Origin: Macrostomum lignano
Taxonomy: Eukaryota
NCBI GenBank assembly: GCA_002269645.1
Contig: NIVC01001041.1
Location: forward strand, 1-25,549
DNA: 25,549 nt
Reading direction: 5' to 3'
Below the pieces are notes generated by a model that worked only from the letters and a program-made list of their open reading frames with translations, searched no databases and was not told the DNA's origin. Shown piece after piece: positions 20,208 to 25,549 of the stretch. The number at the start of each line of letters is the position of its first letter. Position 1 is the stretch's first letter. The position numbers and the translations under genes are program-made.

Positions 20208-21366
20208 AGGGAGAGGGGCAGGGAGAGACAGGCTGGGATGTAGGGTGAGGGGCAGGGAGAGACAGGCTCGGATGTAGGGTGAGGGGCAGGGAGAGAAAGG
20301 CTGGGATGTAGGGTGAGGGGCAGGGAGAGAGACAGGCTGGGATGTAGGGTGAGGGGCACGGAGAGAGAAAGGCTGGGATGTAGGGTGAGGGGCAGGGAGA
20401 GAGACAGGCTGGGATGTAGGGTGAGGGGCAGGGAGAGAGACAGGCTGGGATGTAGGGTGAGGGGCAGGGAGAGAGACAGGCTGGGATGTAGGGTGAGGGG
20501 CAGGGAGAGAGACAGGCTGGGATGTAGGGTGAGGGGCAGGGAGAGAGACAGGCTGGGATGTAGGGTGAGGGGCAGGGAGAGAGACAGGCTGGGATGTAGG
20601 GTGAGGGGCAGGGAGAGAGAAAGGCTGGGATGTAGGGTGAGGGGCAGGGAGAGAGAAAGGCTGGGATGTAGGGTGAGAAGCAGGGAGGGAGACAGGCTGG
20701 GATGTAGGGTGAGGGGCAGGGAGAGAGACAGGCTGGGATGTAGGGTGAGGGGCAGGGAGAGAGACAGGCTGGGATGTAGGGTGAGGGGCAGGGAGAGAGA
20801 CAGGCTGGGATGTAGGGTGAGGGACAAGAAGAGATAGGCTGGGATGTAGGGTGAGAAGCAGGGAGGGAGAAAGGCTGGGATGTAGGGTGAGGGGCAGGGA
20901 GAGAGACAGGCTGGGATGTAGGGTGAGGGGCAGGGAGAGAGAAAGGCTGGGATGTAGGGTGAGGGGCAGGGAGAGAGAAAGGCTGGGATGTAGGGTGAGA
21001 AGCAAGGAGAGAGACAGGCTGGGATGTAGGGTGAGGGGCAGGGAGAGAGACAGGCTGGGATGTAGGGTGAGGGGCAGGGAGAGAGACAGGCTGGGATGTA
21101 GGGTGAGAGGCAGGGAGGGAGACAGGCTGGGATGTAGGGTGAGGGGCAGGGAGAGAGACAGGCTGGGATGTAGGGTGAGGGGCAGGGAGAGAGACAGGCT
21201 GGGATGTAGGGTGAGGGCAGGGAGAGAGAAAGGCTGGGATGTAGGGTGAGGGGCAGGGAGAGAGAAAGGCTGGGATGTAGGGTGAGGGGCAGGGAGAGAG
21301 ACAGGCTGGGATGTAGGGTGAGGGGCAGGGAGAGAGACAGGCTGAGATGTAGGGTGAGAGGCAGGG
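20208..21366. repeat. 36-bp G-rich minisatellite, array 2 (same family as 2146-3281)
   Basis: About 32 units, dominant variant GGGAGAGAGA. Confidence 0.98.
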
Positions 21367-21454
21367 CTGGCAAAATACCTTCCAAAATACCTTCAAAATC
21401 GCGAACAAACAGCTGCCATCAATCTAATCACTTCATCACTTCATAACTTGCATC

Positions 21455-22112
21455 ACTTCTTGGCCCTCGTGGATATATAGTCGTTCAGTTAAAAAATAGT
21501 TTTAAATCTCCGCAAACAATATCGCTTACAATACGCTACTCATAGTACTCATAAGAATACCATTTGTTGTTAAAGAGAAGAAGGCTGCATGGAATTTTTC
21601 CAGAAACTCGTTGGCACCTGAAGATTCGCTATGCTGGAGTTTTTTACTCAAAAGCGAATGACAAAACTCTTACACTGCCGTGAGTCGTGCCTCGGCTCTC
21701 GGGGGTGGGTCAGCTTGTGTTTTGTTGCGCACCTGTAAGAATTCAATTTTATTGCACATTCGAGTCCGCCTCTCCATCGATTTCATTGTCCGCATTTGGC
21801 TTGTAAAAAAACTGGCTTCTCAAGCAGCTGATTGCATTTTATAACAAATGCTCGCTCAGCTCGAGTTTTGTTTAGCTGCGAGCTTGAGCAGTCCTGCTCA
21901 CAGGGCTCTCTTCGCCAGCTACATGAGCACGCATATCAACTGACAGAATTCAGCAATCCACCCTCGCTTTGGCCCACTGATGTTCCACACTTCTTTATAT
22001 TTTTGCCTCCAAGAAGTCCAAAAGCAACAGCCAATCAGATTTTGTTGCCGATGCGCAGATTTTTAGTGGCGATAAAAGTGAAAATTGAATACTGATTTAT
22101 TATTTCGAAAAC
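21455..22112. repeat. Dispersed flank B, copy 2 (with ~400 bp extra internal sequence)
   Basis: Homology blocks colinear with 3410-3685. Confidence 0.65.
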
Positions 22113-22482
22113 GTTGGACTACCTTAGAAAATGAGAAACAGTCCATCACAGGCGCGTGTGGTTGGTGCTGACTCACACAGCCATCCCTCAGGTAGCTGAC
22201 TGCTCACACAGCCAGTGCAGTTACATGTGCATTATTTATCCGGTGCAACAGACTGGCTCAGCAGTTCAGCATTAATAATCTAGTTTTTCATCTGCATTGC
22301 TCAAATAAAAGTATTGCTGTTTCAATGTTTCTGTCAGATCACTAATGGATGACAATGCAGAGCAGCACATGTAAAGTATGTGCATTTGAGCATAAAGTTC
22401 TCGGCTGGTGTTTGTCTTTGCTATTTTGTTCGTGGTTTGGAATCTCAGATTCGTGCTCATGTGCCATGACTAATATCTCATG

Positions 22483-24662
22483 CACACAGTCATTTCTCAT
22501 GTGCAATGAAACATATCTCATGCACCCAGCCATTGCTCACGTGCAATGACACATATCTCATGCACACAGCCATTGCTCATGTGCAATGACACATATCTCA
22601 TGCACACAGCCATTGCTCATGTGCATGACCATATCTCATGCACACAGCCATTGCTCATGTGCAATGACCCATATCTCATGCACACAGCCATTGCTCATGT
22701 GCAATGACCCATATCTCATGCACACAGCCATTGCTCATGTGCAATGACACATATCTCATGCACACAGCCATTGCTCATGTGCAATGACCCATATCTCATG
22801 CACACAGTCATTTCTCATGTGCAATGACACATATCTCATGCACACAGCCATTGCTCATGTGCAATGACCATATCTCATGCACACAGCCATTGCTCATGTG
22901 CAATGACCCATATCTCATGCACACAGCCATTGCTCATGTGCAATGACCATATCTCATGCACACAGCCATTGCTCATGTGCAATGACCCATATCTCATGCA
23001 CACAGCCATTGCTCATGTGCAATGACCCATATCTCATGCACACAGCCATTGCTCATGTGCAATGACCCATATCTCATGCACACAGCCATTGCTCATGTGC
23101 AATGACACATATCTCATGCACACAGCCATTGCTCATGTGCAATGACCCATATCTCATGCACACAGCCATTGCTCATGTGCAATGACACATATCTCATGCA
23201 CACAGCCATTGCTCATGTGCAATGACCCATATCTCATGCACACAGCCATTGCTCATGTGCAATGACACATATCTCATGCACACAGCCATTGCTCATGTGC
23301 ATGACCCATATCTCATGCACACAGCCATTGCTCATGTGCAATGACCCATATCTCATGCACACAGCCATTGCTCATGTGCTATGACCCATATCTCATGCAC
23401 ACAGCCATTTCTCATGTGCAATGACCCATATCTCATGCACACAGCCATTGCTCATGTGCCATAACTAATATCTCATGCACACAGCCATTGCTCATGTGCC
23501 ATGACACATATCTCATGCACACAGCCATTTCTCATGTGCCATGACACATATCTCATGCACACAGCCATTGCTCATGTGCCATGACCCATATCTCATGCAC
23601 ACAGCCATTGCTCATGTGCAATGACACATATCTCATGCACACAGCCATTTCTCATGTGCCATGACACATATCTCATGCACACAGCCATTGCTCATGTGCC
23701 ATGACCCATATCTCATGCACACAGCCATTGCTCAAGTGCCATGACTAATATCTCATGCACACAGCCATAGCTCATGTGCCATGACCCATATCTCATGCAC
23801 ACAGCCATTGCTCATGTGCAATGACCCATATCTCATGCACACAGCCATTGCTCATGTGCCATAACTAATATCTCATGCACACAGCCATTGCTCATGTGCC
23901 ATGACCCATATCTCATGCACACAGCCATTGCTCATGTGACATGACACATATCTCATGCACACAGCCATTGCTCATGTGCAATGACACATATCTCATGCAC
24001 ACAGCCATTGCTCATGTGCCATGACCATATCTCATGCACACAGCCATTGCTCATGTGCCATGACCCATATCTCATGCACACAGCCATTGCTCATGTGCTA
24101 TGACCCATATCTCATGCACACAGCCATTGCTCATGTGCCATGACCCATATCTCATGCACACAGCCATTGCTCATGTGCCATGACCCATATCTCATGCACA
24201 CAGCCATTGCTCATGTGCTATGACCCATATCTCATGCACACAGCCATTGCTCATGTGCCATGACCCATATCTCATGCACACAGCCATTGCTCATGTGCCA
24301 TGACTAATATCTCATGCACACAGCCATTGCTCATGTGCCATGACTAATATCTCATGCACACAGCCATTGCTCATGTGCAATGACCCATATCTCATGCACA
24401 CAGCCATTGCTCATGTGCCATGACCCATATCTCATGCACACAGCCATTGCTCATGTGCCATGACCCATATCTCATGCACACAGCCATTGCTCATGTGCTA
24501 TGACCCATATCTCATGCACACAGCCATTGCTCATGTGCCATGACACATATCTCATGCACACAGCCATTGCTCATGTGCCATGACCCATATCTCATGCACA
24601 CAGCCATTGCTCATGTGCCATGACACATATCTCATGCACACAGCCATTGCTCATGTGCCATA
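22483..24662. repeat. 40-bp minisatellite (TATCTCATGCACACAGCCATTGCTCATGTGCAATGACCCA)n
   Basis: About 54 units, no unique spacers. Confidence 0.99.
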
Positions 24663-24704
24663 ACCATCTGATTGTCTCTATTGTGTTTCTCCAACCATCT
24701 CCCT

Positions 24705-24808
24705 TTTACACACCCCTCCCACCCATCCCCCTCTCACCTATCCCCCTCTCACCCATCCCCCTCTCACCCATCCCCTCTCACCCATCCCCCTCTCATCCTC
24801 CCCCTCTC
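24705..24808. repeat. C-rich ~15-bp repeat (CCCATCCCCCTCTCA)n
   Basis: About 6 imperfect units. Confidence 0.85.
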
Positions 24809-24814
24809 GCCAGC

Positions 24815-24936
24815 TTCTCTATTCTCCATCAGATCCCAGCTCAGTTTCTCTATTCTCCATCAGATCCCAGCTCAGCTTCTCTATTCTCCATCAGATCCCA
24901 GCTCACCTTCTCTATTCTCCATCAGATCCCAGCTCA
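24815..24936. repeat. 31-bp minisatellite (TATTCTCCATCAGATCCCAGCTCAGCTTCTC)n
   Basis: 4 units. Confidence 0.92.
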
Positions 24937-24949
24937 AACCCAAAAAACG

Positions 24950-25169
24950 CTTGTTTTCTCCTGTTTTGAGAAAGCTAAAAAAGCTAAAAGTGCAGCTGGC
25001 CGCCAGCCCAGACAGTGGGGGGGGGGGCAGGCAGGGTGCTCAAGCACAATGCAGAGTCTCCATTGTGCGAGGCTGGGGCTGCAACTCATTCGGGAGCAGC
25101 CGCCACTGCAGCCTCAGACAGCTCAGGTTTGCGCTGCTCATCTCGGCAGCTTCATCGCTAATTAAATCT
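24950..25169. repeat. Dispersed repeat A, copy 2
   Basis: Aligns with 1513-1751. Confidence 0.85.
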
Positions 25170-25549
25170 TCAACCTTCATCGTTAGCGGCCCCACCCAGC
25201 TCAGCACTCGCAGTGCGACAGTCTGGCGTGATAAAAGCGGCCGGCAAAGAGAAAACTGCTCGAGTTCGCAATCACCCCATACTGGCCTCCCGAACCACCC
25301 AACCCCCCCCCCCCGCAACCCCTGCCTGAGACAAACAAGTCCAGCTACAACGCAACTCCACCAGCTCACTGCTCAAAACAGATCAGGTTGCCCCCCAGAG
25401 TCTGCCAACTGCAGGGAGGCTGGCAGAGCGGTGCGCTGGCCTGAGAATAGCGAGCGAGCAGGTTAATTACTGCTTAATTACTGCTTGAGGTCGAGCTGGC
25501 CTCTCTAACCACCCGCTCTCTACGACTCAAGACTGCTTTTGTCATAAAT

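Noticed and set aside
21561-21939. Chain of short minus-strand AG..GT segments (21939-21902, 21732-21674, 21617-21561) as upstream neurophysin exons
   Set aside because: The translations show no signal peptide, nonapeptide or recognisable motif, and the region partly overlaps dispersed flank B.
3959-24662. CRISPR-like appearance of the 29-, 30- and 40-bp repeats
   Set aside because: Units are head-to-tail with no unique spacers; there are no cas genes and the context is eukaryotic and intron-containing.

Overview
Eukaryotic (metazoan) genomic window, roughly 60% minisatellite, with at least 17 distinct tandem arrays of 6-87 bp units. This density, together with spliceosomal introns, is reminiscent of repeat-rich flatworm genomes such as Macrostomum (inference only). 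Most six-frame ORFs are repeat artefacts. Two real minus-strand, intron-containing genes can be reconstructed. (1) A ~769-aa ankyrin-repeat + STE11/MAP3K-like Ser/Thr kinase (4-exon model, 14857->10552). Its ANK units are recently duplicated 210-bp blocks that differ mainly at ligand-facing positions, each intron holds a different minisatellite, and the alphaC Glu is replaced by Gly. (2) A neurophysin-domain gene (oxytocin/vasopressin-precursor type) not reported by the ORF track. Two exons were found (about 19033->18791 and 18698->18643), with the conserved phase-1 intron after the second CC motif and 13 of 14 canonical Cys; the signal-peptide/nonapeptide exon was not identified. Between the genes, one 20-bp satellite array is split by a Helitron-like element (hairpin + CTAG end, carrying a tRNA-like relic and two internal satellites) and by a solo-LTR-like TG..CA segment. 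Also present are two duplicated dispersed modules and two RFX X-box motifs.
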